Shown here one piece after another: positions 39,800-49,102 of a DNA stretch of 64,000 bases. A program made the position numbers and the translations under genes. Source of the DNA: a virus; IMG/VR virus record IMGVR_UViG_3300033155_000498, positions 14,394 to 78,393 of that record, one strand, 5' to 3'. Below the pieces are notes generated by a model. That model did not search any database. It was not told the origin of the DNA and was given only the letters and a program-made list of their open reading frames with translations. Every line of letters begins with the position of its first letter. Position 1 is the first letter of the stretch.

Positions 39800-40071
39800 T
39801 ATTCGTTCCAGTGAAAACCTTTAAAATATGAAACCTGGATTTCAGCAGTTGAGCTTCCAGGATAGTAACCAGACTGTACGTTAAAACCTTCGCGTACTAA
39901 AAAGCGTTCTGTGGTTTGACGTTCCTCTGGTGTTTTCAAACTAATGTAAACCATGCTACGTCTACCATATGTTTCATCTGAGACGTTGCTATGCTTCAAT
40001 CCTTTAGCTGACCACAATGTGGTTTTGAAATGTGTGTCAAGTGCTGCAAACAATTTTTTCTTGGATTTCAT
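39799..40071 (-). CDS. Hypothetical protein
   Basis: ORF in operon. Confidence 0.5.
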   Translation of the reverse strand: MKSKKKLFAALDTHFKTTLWSAKGLKHSNVSDETYGRRSMVYISLKTPEERQTTERFLVREGFNVQSGYYPGSSTAEIQVSYFKGFHWNE

Positions 40072-40383
40072 TTAGCTGCTCCAGTAGTTTTCGGAAGCTG
40101 GTGAAGTGCTAAAATTTGCATTTACACTTTCTTCGAAATCTTCGCCTGTCATTGCATTTTTACGTGTAACTGTTTTTTCAATGTTAGCGTGGAAGTCACT
40201 GGACTCAGCAACTGCAAAGTCTGCTTTAACTAAGTTGTCACCCAACTTACCTTTATTGTCCTGGCGTGTCAATGCTGCTTTAGCTGCGCCTTCGCTTTTA
40301 AATGATTCTTTATAACAACCTACTGAACGAGCTGGTATGCTCAAAATCTGTGTAGTTGCTTTGTTGTATATTACATGTGACAT
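40072..40383 (-). CDS. Hypothetical early protein
   Basis: AAKAALTR, RKNAMTG, SPASENYWS. Confidence 0.6.
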   Translation of the reverse strand: MSHVIYNKATTQILSIPARSVGCYKESFKSEGAAKAALTRQDNKGKLGDNLVKADFAVAESSDFHANIEKTVTRKNAMTGEDFEESVNANFSTSPASENYWSS

Positions 40384-40412
40384 AGTTGAATTCCTGTTTA
40401 GTTTTATATTTT

Positions 40413-40455
40413 GTATACTGTAAGTATAGCAGATATGCTCAAAAGGTCTACCTTT
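40413..40455 (-). promoter_or_regulatory. Early promoter
   Basis: GGTAGACC-16-TATACT. Confidence 0.65.
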
Positions 40456-40478
40456 TGGTAAAATTCGTTATCTAATAA

Positions 40479-40551
40479 AATCAATGACTTACAAAATAGT
40501 TGTACGTGTTGTAAAATCAATGACTTAGCACCTATATGAATCAATGACTTA
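40479..40551 (+). repeat. Three AATCAATGACTTA direct repeats (IHF consensus)
   Basis: Identical copies at 40479, 40515 and 40539. Confidence 0.75.
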
Positions 40552-40594
40552 GCTTAACTAGTGTTTACGCGGGTCTTAGACATAAATATTATTA

Positions 40595-41377
40595 ATGAAT
40601 AGAGAAATAGCACAATACATCAGAGCCTCTATTAGAGACAACTCAATGAATATAAAGTACCAGCCACAGTTTTGTACTGAGGGTGACTATTTTAAGATTA
40701 CTGGAGTCGAGGCGTTGCTTCGGCCTGACACATCTGTATGTCATATTGACAAACTAATCAGGGTTGCTGTTGATACCGACCAGATGATCGATTTAGGTTA
40801 CTGGGTAATGAGGCGGGCGTGTCATCAGCTTAGATCATGGGTAGATGAGAATCTAGTTACTAGCACATTTTCAATGTCGGTTAACGTATCAGCAGAACAA
40901 CTGCAAGATAAACATTTCTGCACCAGAGTACTAGAAGTAATTCAAGACACAGAAATTAAAGCGCACCAGCTCACACTTGAGCTTACTGAAACATCAATGA
41001 TTAACGATTTGAACATCGCAAAGATATACCAGCTATCAACTAACGGTGTTAATATATCAATTGATGACTTTGGTACTGGATATAGTTCATTGGGCCGACT
41101 AAAATTACTGCCAATTCACGAAATTAAAATAGACAAGACATTTGTAGATGACGTCACAAAGACGGAGCAGGATATCGCTCTGATCACAGCGATGTATCAA
41201 CTAACTAAGGCGTTAAATAAATTTACTATTGTTGAAGGTGTAGAGAATACATGTCAGTATAATATTCTACGTGATATTGGATTTACTTGTTTTCAGGGTT
41301 ATTATTTTTGTAAAGCAGAAACTGCTGAAGAGATTGAAGAAACTATTACCCTAATAAATTCTTTACACTGCCAATAG
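40595..41377 (+). CDS. Stand-alone EAL-domain c-di-GMP phosphodiesterase
   Basis: YQPQ, VEALLR, SVNVS, LELTE, DDFGTGYSSL, KIDKTFV, EGVE, QGYYF. Confidence 0.92.
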   Translation: MNREIAQYIRASIRDNSMNIKYQPQFCTEGDYFKITGVEALLRPDTSVCHIDKLIRVAVDTDQMIDLGYWVMRRACHQLRSWVDENLVTSTFSMSVNVSAEQLQDKHFCTRVLEVIQDTEIKAHQLTLELTETSMINDLNIAKIYQLSTNGVNISIDDFGTGYSSLGRLKLLPIHEIKIDKTFVDDVTKTEQDIALITAMYQLTKALNKFTIVEGVENTCQYNILRDIGFTCFQGYYFCKAETAEEIEETITLINSLHCQ

Positions 41378-41885
41378 TATCCAACGTTAAATTATCAAGG
41401 TCCCGTGTCCAGCTTGCCAACTCGTGTGTGTAATCAACTAATACAAATTGTGTTGTATCATTGGCTTTAATTAACTCGCGTATATTGAAATAATATTCTT
41501 CTTGTGATGGATTTGTTTCTGTAATAGGACTAAAATTAAATCCTGTCATTAGCACAATATCAGATTGCGGTACTGCAAGGTTCAAGGCGACAATATCGTC
41601 TTTGTTACCAACTGAACTATTTTTGAATTGCCCGTTGAATAGTTTGACCCCAGATGGGTTGCCAACTACGGAATAACTTTCTTGCATGATATATAAAGTA
41701 CAAACGGCATGGAAAGCACGTTGGATTAAATTCTTAGCTTCGTTGGTGTCGGAACAAACACAATTGTCTGGGCGAAATTCTTTCCACGTTTTCCAACTGC
41801 CCCAAGATACTGCTGTATTCTTAATGTCTTTTGGATCTATTAAACCTGATGGGATATCTTCACTAATTATCCAGCATACTTTCAT
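41346..41885 (-). CDS. Hypothetical protein
   Basis: ORF. Confidence 0.55.
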   Translation of the reverse strand: MKVCWIISEDIPSGLIDPKDIKNTAVSWGSWKTWKEFRPDNCVCSDTNEAKNLIQRAFHAVCTLYIMQESYSVVGNPSGVKLFNGQFKNSSVGNKDDIVALNLAVPQSDIVLMTGFNFSPITETNPSQEEYYFNIRELIKANDTTQFVLVDYTHELASWTRDLDNLTLDTIGSVKNLLG

Positions 41886-43423
41886 ATTGTAGCCTTAAGT
41901 GCTATCCAGCTATAGTCATGCAAACAATACCATGCAAAGATTGGATTGTCTTCTGTTAATGTTGTATTCAGTACTAAATCACCTGACGCACCTGCATATC
42001 CAGGCACACTGTTACCATGCTTAATTGTGTGATTACCTAGTTTAAGTTTTCGAATTGTTACTACGCCATCAGTGTCAATAGATATATCATCACGACGTTT
42101 AACACCAATTGCTAAGTCCTGTGATCTATTAGTACCAATGAATGCAGTTTGTTCTTTAAGTTTGCCTATAATAATTTCAATTTCGTCGTCCCAAACAGCT
42201 AATGCTGAGTTCGGTGTTTTAGTATTAATGCCAACTCTCTTATCTACCGAGTGTATTGCATCTACAGTAGATGTTCCGATTACCTTTAATCCTTTTAATG
42301 TACCAACTGTGTTTAACGTTGAATTGGTTATTTGGCTGCCTAGTGTGTTACCTGATAATGCTGGTTTTCCATTAATAGATATCTGTGTAAAGTCTAAATC
42401 ATTAGATTGTGATATTACTGCGTCAATCATATCTTGCTTAACTGCAATTATAACTTCATCTACTACTGCAATTTTAATATTCGACGATAACTCATCCCAT
42501 GCACCTGTTGTAATATCTATTGATCCATTAACTAGTAGGTCACCACTAATGGTTGCATTCTTAACGGCTAGTTGTTCATATACACTGACATTTGTTGCTG
42601 CTATTGTGTTTTCAACAACAACGGTATCTTCCATTATTGTCATTTCGCGTTTAGTCGCATTACAGTGGAGGCCCATGCCATCAAATTGTTCTGCAAATTG
42701 TTCTGCGATCTTGTCAGTTATAATTTTTTCAATATCGCTTTCTGCGCTGAGTTGACGTATGAATGATGAAATTGCTTGTGTCTTAAGAGATCCTAACATC
42801 TTTGGATCATTTTTAATAAGCAATCCGATTTGAGTTGCTGCTCCATCAGCGACGTTTTTTGCAACTGTAGAATTAATAATAGCAGGATCAAATAACCCGG
42901 TATCTTCAGTAACTAAGAGTTTAGCTATTTCTGCTGCTACTTCTCCAGTCATGCTTTGTTTAACTAGTGTGTCAAGATTAAAGTTACGCACTAGAAGAGA
43001 TACGGCCTGACTTTGAAGATTCAGTAGTAACTCTTTGTCGTTCTTAAAGAGACCTGCAACTTGCTTGCTGACCGCATCGCTAACATTACCAGTAAGAGAT
43101 TCTATCATTGTTGGATCATTTTTAATAATCGATCCAAGTTGTGTTGCTGTTGCATCACCTATTGCAGAATTAATAATAGCAGGATCAAGTAAATCGGTAT
43201 TTTTAGTTACTATAAGTTTAGCCACTTCTGCTGCTACCAGACCGGATATGTTTTGTTTAACTATTGTGTCAAGGTTAAAGTTACGTACCAGAAGAGATAC
43301 GGCTTGGCTTCTAAGATTTTCTATTAATTTTGTGTCAGTTTTAAAAAGATTAGCAACTTGCTCTGTTACTGCCTCATTGACTTTAGCTGTTATTGCGGCA
43401 TTAATTTCATCTTGGTTAATCAT
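41882..43423 (-). CDS. Virion/fibre-like structural protein with internal tandem duplication
   Basis: SQAVSLLVRNFNLDT twice; LNTVGTLKGL and RVGINT.TP fibre-type motifs. Confidence 0.6.
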   Translation of the reverse strand: MINQDEINAAITAKVNEAVTEQVANLFKTDTKLIENLRSQAVSLLVRNFNLDTIVKQNISGLVAAEVAKLIVTKNTDLLDPAIINSAIGDATATQLGSIIKNDPTMIESLTGNVSDAVSKQVAGLFKNDKELLLNLQSQAVSLLVRNFNLDTLVKQSMTGEVAAEIAKLLVTEDTGLFDPAIINSTVAKNVADGAATQIGLLIKNDPKMLGSLKTQAISSFIRQLSAESDIEKIITDKIAEQFAEQFDGMGLHCNATKREMTIMEDTVVVENTIAATNVSVYEQLAVKNATISGDLLVNGSIDITTGAWDELSSNIKIAVVDEVIIAVKQDMIDAVISQSNDLDFTQISINGKPALSGNTLGSQITNSTLNTVGTLKGLKVIGTSTVDAIHSVDKRVGINTKTPNSALAVWDDEIEIIIGKLKEQTAFIGTNRSQDLAIGVKRRDDISIDTDGVVTIRKLKLGNHTIKHGNSVPGYAGASGDLVLNTTLTEDNPIFAWYCLHDYSWIALKATI

Positions 43424-43461
43424 AGTATCTCCGGGTTAGACTCAGTGTATTTACCACTGCA

Positions 43462-44454
43462 TCAAGTCGCCCGTAGCAAATCAAGAGTTGCACAATGAAA
43501 CCCACCGCCCAATGTACGTGCGTGACGCAACTCAAGTGGTATCACATCAAACCCGTGCTTCTTTAATTCAGCATGTATCAGCGGCTGATTAGCATCACAG
43601 ATTACTGTCTTGTTGCCTACAGATAACATGTTAATAGCTATCCATTTACTTGCATATGGATAGCCTGTAAACGATTGCGGATTAATCATATCCTCTGTAA
43701 TATATATTTTATTGTAGTCTTGTAAGAATTCTGGTAAATTGTCATCAGTAACGCGATTGGCATTTAACAATATATCGTTTTCACCAATGGGTATAATAGT
43801 GCTGTCTATGTGCGCTGCATCATAAACATCTGTTGTATGTACCGTGAACATATCACCTAGTACAGTTTGCAGCCATTCGGCTCCACGCTCGTTGGCGGAG
43901 TCACTAACAAGATACAATATATCAAATCCGAACCTTGCTATGTTTGCAGCATCAAAGATAGGTTCCATATTTGTTAAACTAAAACTGCCAGTGGGCAATA
44001 CGTTTTCGCTATATATTAAATCTGGGTGTGGGGCCGCTATCCACTCAACACCTGTGCGTATAGCCCAACGCTTTACTTCTCTATAACATTGTACTTCATG
44101 CTGCCTAGCTCGTACTGACATTGGTGCTTCGATTACCCTGTCGCCAATAACTAGTAAATTGTCGCGTGGGCAATATGCGTACTGCCCATCAGTAAATTGA
44201 AAATTAATTGGCTCGGGCCTATATACAGTAATACCAAGATCATCAAACGTTTCGCACAGGGTATCCAAGTCACGATTGGTTTCGTCTATTATTTGTTGTG
44301 CGACTGGTCCGGCAGGCGGAGGTGTTTCGGCCCAGCCTGCATCGGCCATTTGTAATTGAAATAGTTTATCTGCGGTTGGAAAATTAGCGTGTGTTGCTGT
44401 TCCTACAAGGACAGTCTTGAGTGGATCGTATTCGTTAAAACTAGAAATTATCAT
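43462..44454 (-). CDS. Amidinotransferase (glycine/inosamine-phosphate amidinotransferase family)
   Basis: NEYDPLK.V.VG, CPRD, FDAAN, HIDST, GGGFHCATLDL. Confidence 0.9.
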   Translation of the reverse strand: MIISSFNEYDPLKTVLVGTATHANFPTADKLFQLQMADAGWAETPPPAGPVAQQIIDETNRDLDTLCETFDDLGITVYRPEPINFQFTDGQYAYCPRDNLLVIGDRVIEAPMSVRARQHEVQCYREVKRWAIRTGVEWIAAPHPDLIYSENVLPTGSFSLTNMEPIFDAANIARFGFDILYLVSDSANERGAEWLQTVLGDMFTVHTTDVYDAAHIDSTIIPIGENDILLNANRVTDDNLPEFLQDYNKIYITEDMINPQSFTGYPYASKWIAINMLSVGNKTVICDANQPLIHAELKKHGFDVIPLELRHARTLGGGFHCATLDLLRAT

Positions 44455-44986
44455 CTATCATAAACCCTGTTAACTGTAATGTGTATCTATCTTCTAAGCC
44501 TAAGTTTGCTGCCATGTGTGGCACGTCATGTCTGAATCGCACAAAGTCGCCCGCCTTCCATTGCGGGAATTGTTTGTCTGCAACTGTTAATACATGACCA
44601 GGCGCCCAGTCTTCAAGCATTATAACCGCACGATAAATTGGGCTATGGTAATCAGCATGAAGTTCCTTAAAGCGTCTAAATGTGTCTACGTGTTCGGGTA
44701 GGATTGTTCCTGTGGACATCTTGTAGAATGACCAACTTAACTGATACCACGGAAATTCTTTTAAATATGGGTCCATATTAAGCCATGCAGGCCACGGGTG
44801 TTGCATGTCATACATTTCACCTGTGTAGTGTGTATGTGTGTGACCTTGGGCTTGCCATTTATCTATGTCATCCTGATTATTAAATGGTTCACGTCTATAT
44901 GAAAGCAATCGATGACCGTAATTAGTCCACGGTAGATCTATATGCCCAAACTCATAATAGAAATCAGTCACTGCGGGTATCACCAT
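44441..44986 (-). CDS. 2OG-Fe(II)/Asp-beta-hydroxylase-like oxygenase
   Basis: ILPEHVD, WKAGD, PHMAANLG..DRYTLQLTG; start uncertain. Confidence 0.7.
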   Translation of the reverse strand: MVIPAVTDFYYEFGHIDLPWTNYGHRLLSYRREPFNNQDDIDKWQAQGHTHTHYTGEMYDMQHPWPAWLNMDPYLKEFPWYQLSWSFYKMSTGTILPEHVDTFRRFKELHADYHSPIYRAVIMLEDWAPGHVLTVADKQFPQWKAGDFVRFRHDVPHMAANLGLEDRYTLQLTGFMIDDNF

Positions 44987-46196
44987 AATGTATAATTGTA
45001 TACATGTCGTTCTCTTTATTAATTCTGCGCCATGGGTCAATAATAACACAACCAGGTAACATTTCAAAATATGTATTGTCGTCTTGCATGTTGCCTGTGT
45101 AGCCGTAAGTGATGTTCCTGTTGTGTGCCCAAAGAACAACTGCCTGCATGGGTTCTAGTTCGTCGCCTGTAAGCGGATCAGCATAGGATACGCTGTGACC
45201 CGTTCCTTCGATGTAATGTCCAATAAGTGTACTATAGCTGCCTATTGTGTAAGGAACATCAGGCTTGTATGCTTTGCCGTGTATTACAATCGGAAGCTGT
45301 TCTTTTTCTGCTACGTCAACAATAAACTTAGCAAGGTTCTCTGCTTGTACTTCACGTGCGCCCATAATGGTCTGGAACATGTCGTAACCAATTTCATATT
45401 CTTGCGCGAGCCAACGCAATGCAATATTATCACGTGGGTGACATGCTCCCGAGTCGCCCATGCCAGGTACCATGTACTGTGGACTTTGCAGACGCATAGT
45501 GCTTCGTGCTAATGCACTAGCTACAACGTCTGAATTCATGTTGCCAATCTTCATTGCAAAATCTTGTATCATATTAACAATGCCAATCTTTGCGCTTATG
45601 TACGTATTGTAGAAAATCTTAATACCTTCAGCTTCTTCCCACGTGCCTATTTCTGCACGGGTTTTGTTTCGCATGTGCATTCTACTATAAATTTTAACTA
45701 ACTCGTCTACACGAGGATCGTTGCCATCCTTGCTGCCAATTATTAGCATCTCAGGATTAACCATATCCCACTTAGTGGTGCCCATTGCAATTAAATATGG
45801 ATTGTAAATTAATGTGTGACTGTCTAGTAAGTCATCAAACTCCCTGCGGGTGGTGCCTGGCAATACTGTACTGATTAGTACAATGTTCTTTTCTACTGAT
45901 GCACATCTGTTGATTTCTTTTAGCACATCTTTAACAATAGTGTAATCAAAATCTTTTGGCTCTAAATGGCATGACGGGATGCCGCCACCGTATTCTTCAT
46001 CATGTGGCGTAGGTACTGCAATAAAAATCCATTCACTGTTATCACATACATCTTTAATACTGTCTTTTACATCTACTAGATCAGACTCCACTGGTGCGAC
46101 ATCATATCCAACTGTTGGAAATGTCTCTGCAAATACTTCTGCACAATCCATGCCCAATTTGCCTAAGCCAATGAACCCTATTTTTTCTTCTCGCAT
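44964..46196 (-). CDS. UDP-glucose/GDP-mannose dehydrogenase family
   Basis: IGFIGLGKLG, IAVPTP, STVLPGTT, KIFYNTY, GACHPRD, AYKPD; start MREEK with GGAG. Confidence 0.9.
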   Translation of the reverse strand: MREEKIGFIGLGKLGMDCAEVFAETFPTVGYDVAPVESDLVDVKDSIKDVCDNSEWIFIAVPTPHDEEYGGGIPSCHLEPKDFDYTIVKDVLKEINRCASVEKNIVLISTVLPGTTRREFDDLLDSHTLIYNPYLIAMGTTKWDMVNPEMLIIGSKDGNDPRVDELVKIYSRMHMRNKTRAEIGTWEEAEGIKIFYNTYISAKIGIVNMIQDFAMKIGNMNSDVVASALARSTMRLQSPQYMVPGMGDSGACHPRDNIALRWLAQEYEIGYDMFQTIMGAREVQAENLAKFIVDVAEKEQLPIVIHGKAYKPDVPYTIGSYSTLIGHYIEGTGHSVSYADPLTGDELEPMQAVVLWAHNRNITYGYTGNMQDDNTYFEMLPGCVIIDPWRRINKENDMYTIIHYGDTRSD

Positions 46197-46218
46197 GTTC
46201 TCTCCACTAAGTAGTATT

Positions 46219-47508
46219 ATGTTTTCAGTCGACAACTTTTACAACTATTTAAACCAGTATCTCCAGACCAATAAAAAAGATGCAAATATGAAATCGTTTA
46301 ACGTACACGGTTCTCGGTTACTTAAAGATATTATTATACCTTCTTTTAACATTGGTGAATCCAAACCATTCCGGTTTAACGGACAAGTCGCAATGTTTGA
46401 TCAGGAACCAATTGAGCTTTCATATTATGAAGATTGGATTAATTTCGATCCTGAATCTTTTCCCGAGCATTATGAATATAATCAAACTGGCGACTTATAC
46501 AAAAATCTTACACCCCAGGAGTTTATCTTTAGACACTTTTCTGGTGTGTATAATCCTATACTTTGCCATTCAGAACGCAATAGCCCAGAAGTAGAATTGT
46601 TTAAAGCTAATCATTTTCATCCTGTACATTATTTCTATCACGGGTTAATTGCACGTGATTGGTTTAGGCATTGGAAACATTATAACATGAAACCAGGTAC
46701 AGAGTCAAAACGTCTGGGCATGTATTGCCGTGATGCTACTGGTAGTAGGACATACCGTTTAGATTTACTTAACAAGTTAATTCCGTTAAAAGATGAGTTA
46801 TATTATAATCTGCAGGATCCAATCTTTCAACTTGATCCACAGCTTAACATACATTATCAAAGTGGTGATACTCAATACGATAGTCATGCAAGTGCAACTA
46901 TTGTACCTGAGGATTGTCAAGAATTTGATATACAAATTGTGCCCGAAACATTGTTTGATACACAAAAAACACATTTAACCGAAAAGGTATTTAAACCTAT
47001 TGTAATGGAACAGCCGTTTATAATCGTTGGTTGTCCGAACAGTCTTGAGTACTTACAGAGTTATGGTTTCCAAACGTTTGGAAGTATTTGGGATGAATCG
47101 TATGATAAAGAAACTGATCCTGCAATCCGCATGGACAAAATAATAAACGTTGTGAAGTCTATAACTTCGCTTAACGAGCGGGAATATAAAAATGCAATGG
47201 GCAAAGCCCGTAGCATCGCAAAGTATAATCGCCAGCGTTTTTTCTCTGGTGTCTTTGAAGATATACTACTTAATGAATTGCACACTAACCTAGATGCTGC
47301 AATTGAAAATCGCAATAAAGAATATGAATCTATGCCTGGTGGCACATGGTTTATGTATTTAGATAAACTAGTTGAAAGTGGTTATACCATTCCAGAATAT
47401 ATCTCAGAACGCAATCATGAAATTATAAAATATCTATTAACTAACGACCCAATAATGGGCCGCAAGTTAATGATAAAATATAAACACTTATTAAATAGGT
47501 GTAATTAG
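46219..47508 (+). CDS. Glycosyltransferase-like protein
   Basis: VPET..HLTEKVFKPI..QPFIIVG..L.YL..YGFQTF..WDESYD; start MFSVDN at TAAGTA-N5-ATG. Confidence 0.55.
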   Translation: MFSVDNFYNYLNQYLQTNKKDANMKSFNVHGSRLLKDIIIPSFNIGESKPFRFNGQVAMFDQEPIELSYYEDWINFDPESFPEHYEYNQTGDLYKNLTPQEFIFRHFSGVYNPILCHSERNSPEVELFKANHFHPVHYFYHGLIARDWFRHWKHYNMKPGTESKRLGMYCRDATGSRTYRLDLLNKLIPLKDELYYNLQDPIFQLDPQLNIHYQSGDTQYDSHASATIVPEDCQEFDIQIVPETLFDTQKTHLTEKVFKPIVMEQPFIIVGCPNSLEYLQSYGFQTFGSIWDESYDKETDPAIRMDKIINVVKSITSLNEREYKNAMGKARSIAKYNRQRFFSGVFEDILLNELHTNLDAAIENRNKEYESMPGGTWFMYLDKLVESGYTIPEYISERNHEIIKYLLTNDPIMGRKLMIKYKHLLNRCN

Positions 47509-47820
47509 TCCGAAGTGTGTTGCTGCTACAATAGCACCAATAATCAAAGCCATAACAATCAAGGAAACATCGCGTTTCTTTTTCTTCTTAGCTGCTACTT
47601 GAACTGGAGTATCTAGCTCGATTACTTCCGCTTCAGGTTTCTTAGCTTGTTCAGGCATAGCCTTCTTCTTAGCTACTGTTTTCTTTTTAGCTACTGCTTT
47701 TTTAGCAGGTGCTTTCTTTTTAGCAACTGCTTTTTTAGCTGGTGCTTTCTTCGCTACTTTTTTCTTGACCGTTGATTTCTTCTTGGACGGTGTTTTCTTT
47801 TTGTCGTCTGACATTGTCAT
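47491..47820 (-). CDS. Lys/Ala-rich histone-H1-like protein with C-terminal TM anchor
   Basis: AKKAPAKKAV repeats; hydrophobic tail. Confidence 0.6.
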   Translation of the reverse strand: MTMSDDKKKTPSKKKSTVKKKVAKKAPAKKAVAKKKAPAKKAVAKKKTVAKKKAMPEQAKKPEAEVIELDTPVQVAAKKKKKRDVSLIVMALIIGAIVAATHFGLITPI

Positions 47821-47826
47821 CTCCTT

Positions 47827-48207
47827 TTAATCATGAATTGAGTTCTTGCCAATTTTCTGTAAGAACCAACCCCACGACGTAACTGATGCAATTAATAACA
47901 TCTTACGCCATTTTTTAATGTCCAATACATCAATTTCTTTTTTAAATTGATAATTGGCTTTAGCCCAATCATGTTCTGTTACTATTATATAGTCATGAAC
48001 TATGGCCGCACCAAAATATCTTCCTGTTGGCGAAAACCACATACGAGCGTAAAATGGTATGCTCGCGCCGTCAGTAATGAATCCTATCGGAACATTAACT
48101 TCTTCATTATTAGAAGTATAAACTTCCATTAATTCCCACTTGGCACGTTTGTACCATTTCACTGCTGGGATAAACTTTACTACTACTGTATCTCTCACTG
48201 AACACAT
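47827..48207 (-). CDS. DUF1353-like protein
   Basis: VPIGFITDGASIP, AAIVHDY. Confidence 0.75.
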   Translation of the reverse strand: MCSVRDTVVVKFIPAVKWYKRAKWELMEVYTSNNEEVNVPIGFITDGASIPFYARMWFSPTGRYFGAAIVHDYIIVTEHDWAKANYQFKKEIDVLDIKKWRKMLLIASVTSWGWFLQKIGKNSIHD

Positions 48208-48259
48208 TCCTCTATAGGCTATTATTTATTTAAATTTAGTGGGAAATAGTGTGGTTAGA

Positions 48260-49102
48260 TTACCAAGTTATAGCATCAACTGCGGCTTCGTCTGCTGCGG
48301 CTAATACTTGCGCTTTCTTAACATTGAACTTCTGTAAGACTGTAAGTTTAACATCCTTACCATCGTTAATGACTACTAACAATTCGGTGTTAGTGTGTAA
48401 CTTGTATATTTTTTCTGACGTGCCCGCTGCTGTTACACCAACAGATGCATCACCAATTGCAACATACCCTGTAATACTACTAAACAATGTAGTATCAACA
48501 ATGTTGATAGATGATGTAACATCATACACACCGCTACCCAACGTTAAGTTACCACCCGACAATACTACGCTTGCGGGATTAGTACCAAGGTCTAAATCAC
48601 CTTGTATTTGTGTAACTAAATCATCAATTGTTTGTGCTGTAGCACCTTCAATACTAACGAAAGTACTCACTCCATCAATAACAATTTCTGCATCATATGT
48701 TGTTGCATCATTTGCAAATCCTGTAGCATCTGTGCCTACTTTCGTTCCGTTGACATCTATTACTATGGCACTATTAATACCCGGACGACACGAATACGGC
48801 ATAGTTGATTGTGTTGCAACCGCGCCTATTAGGTTCAATTGATCATCACGCTCAGAATCATACCAGTGCGGGGAACCTAGTGCTTCTGATTCGAAACCGT
48901 CAATTATTTCGGCTTCTGCGTTGGCACCGAATGCCACTAGTTTTATTGTCATGTAATCAAGTAATTGTTTACCGTTTAATTCAGCTTCTGGAATTGGTGT
49001 TGTAATCCAATTAATGTTTGCATACACAGTTGGATTACCACTTGACCATGCTTCAGCTGCTGGATAATATTGACCTATTAGGTTCATGTAGTTCGTTGCC
49101 AT
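48260..49102 (-). CDS. Tail-fibre-associated protein, DUF4376-like with insertion
   Basis: GFESEALGSPHWYDS..DQLNL and HT..EL..V..DG, AVDAITW. Confidence 0.6.
   Translation of the reverse strand: MATNYMNLIGQYYPAAEAWSSGNPTVYANINWITTPIPEAELNGKQLLDYMTIKLVAFGANAEAEIIDGFESEALGSPHWYDSERDDQLNLIGAVATQSTMPYSCRPGINSAIVIDVNGTKVGTDATGFANDATTYDAEIVIDGVSTFVSIEGATAQTIDDLVTQIQGDLDLGTNPASVVLSGGNLTLGSGVYDVTSSINIVDTTLFSSITGYVAIGDASVGVTAAGTSEKIYKLHTNTELLVVINDGKDVKLTVLQKFNVKKAQVLAAADEAAVDAITW

Noticed and set aside
45979-46218. N-terminal 80 aa of the 509-aa ORF as given in the track
   Set aside because: Overlaps the UDP-glucose dehydrogenase antisense; ATG 46219 with TAAGTA-N5 is the better start
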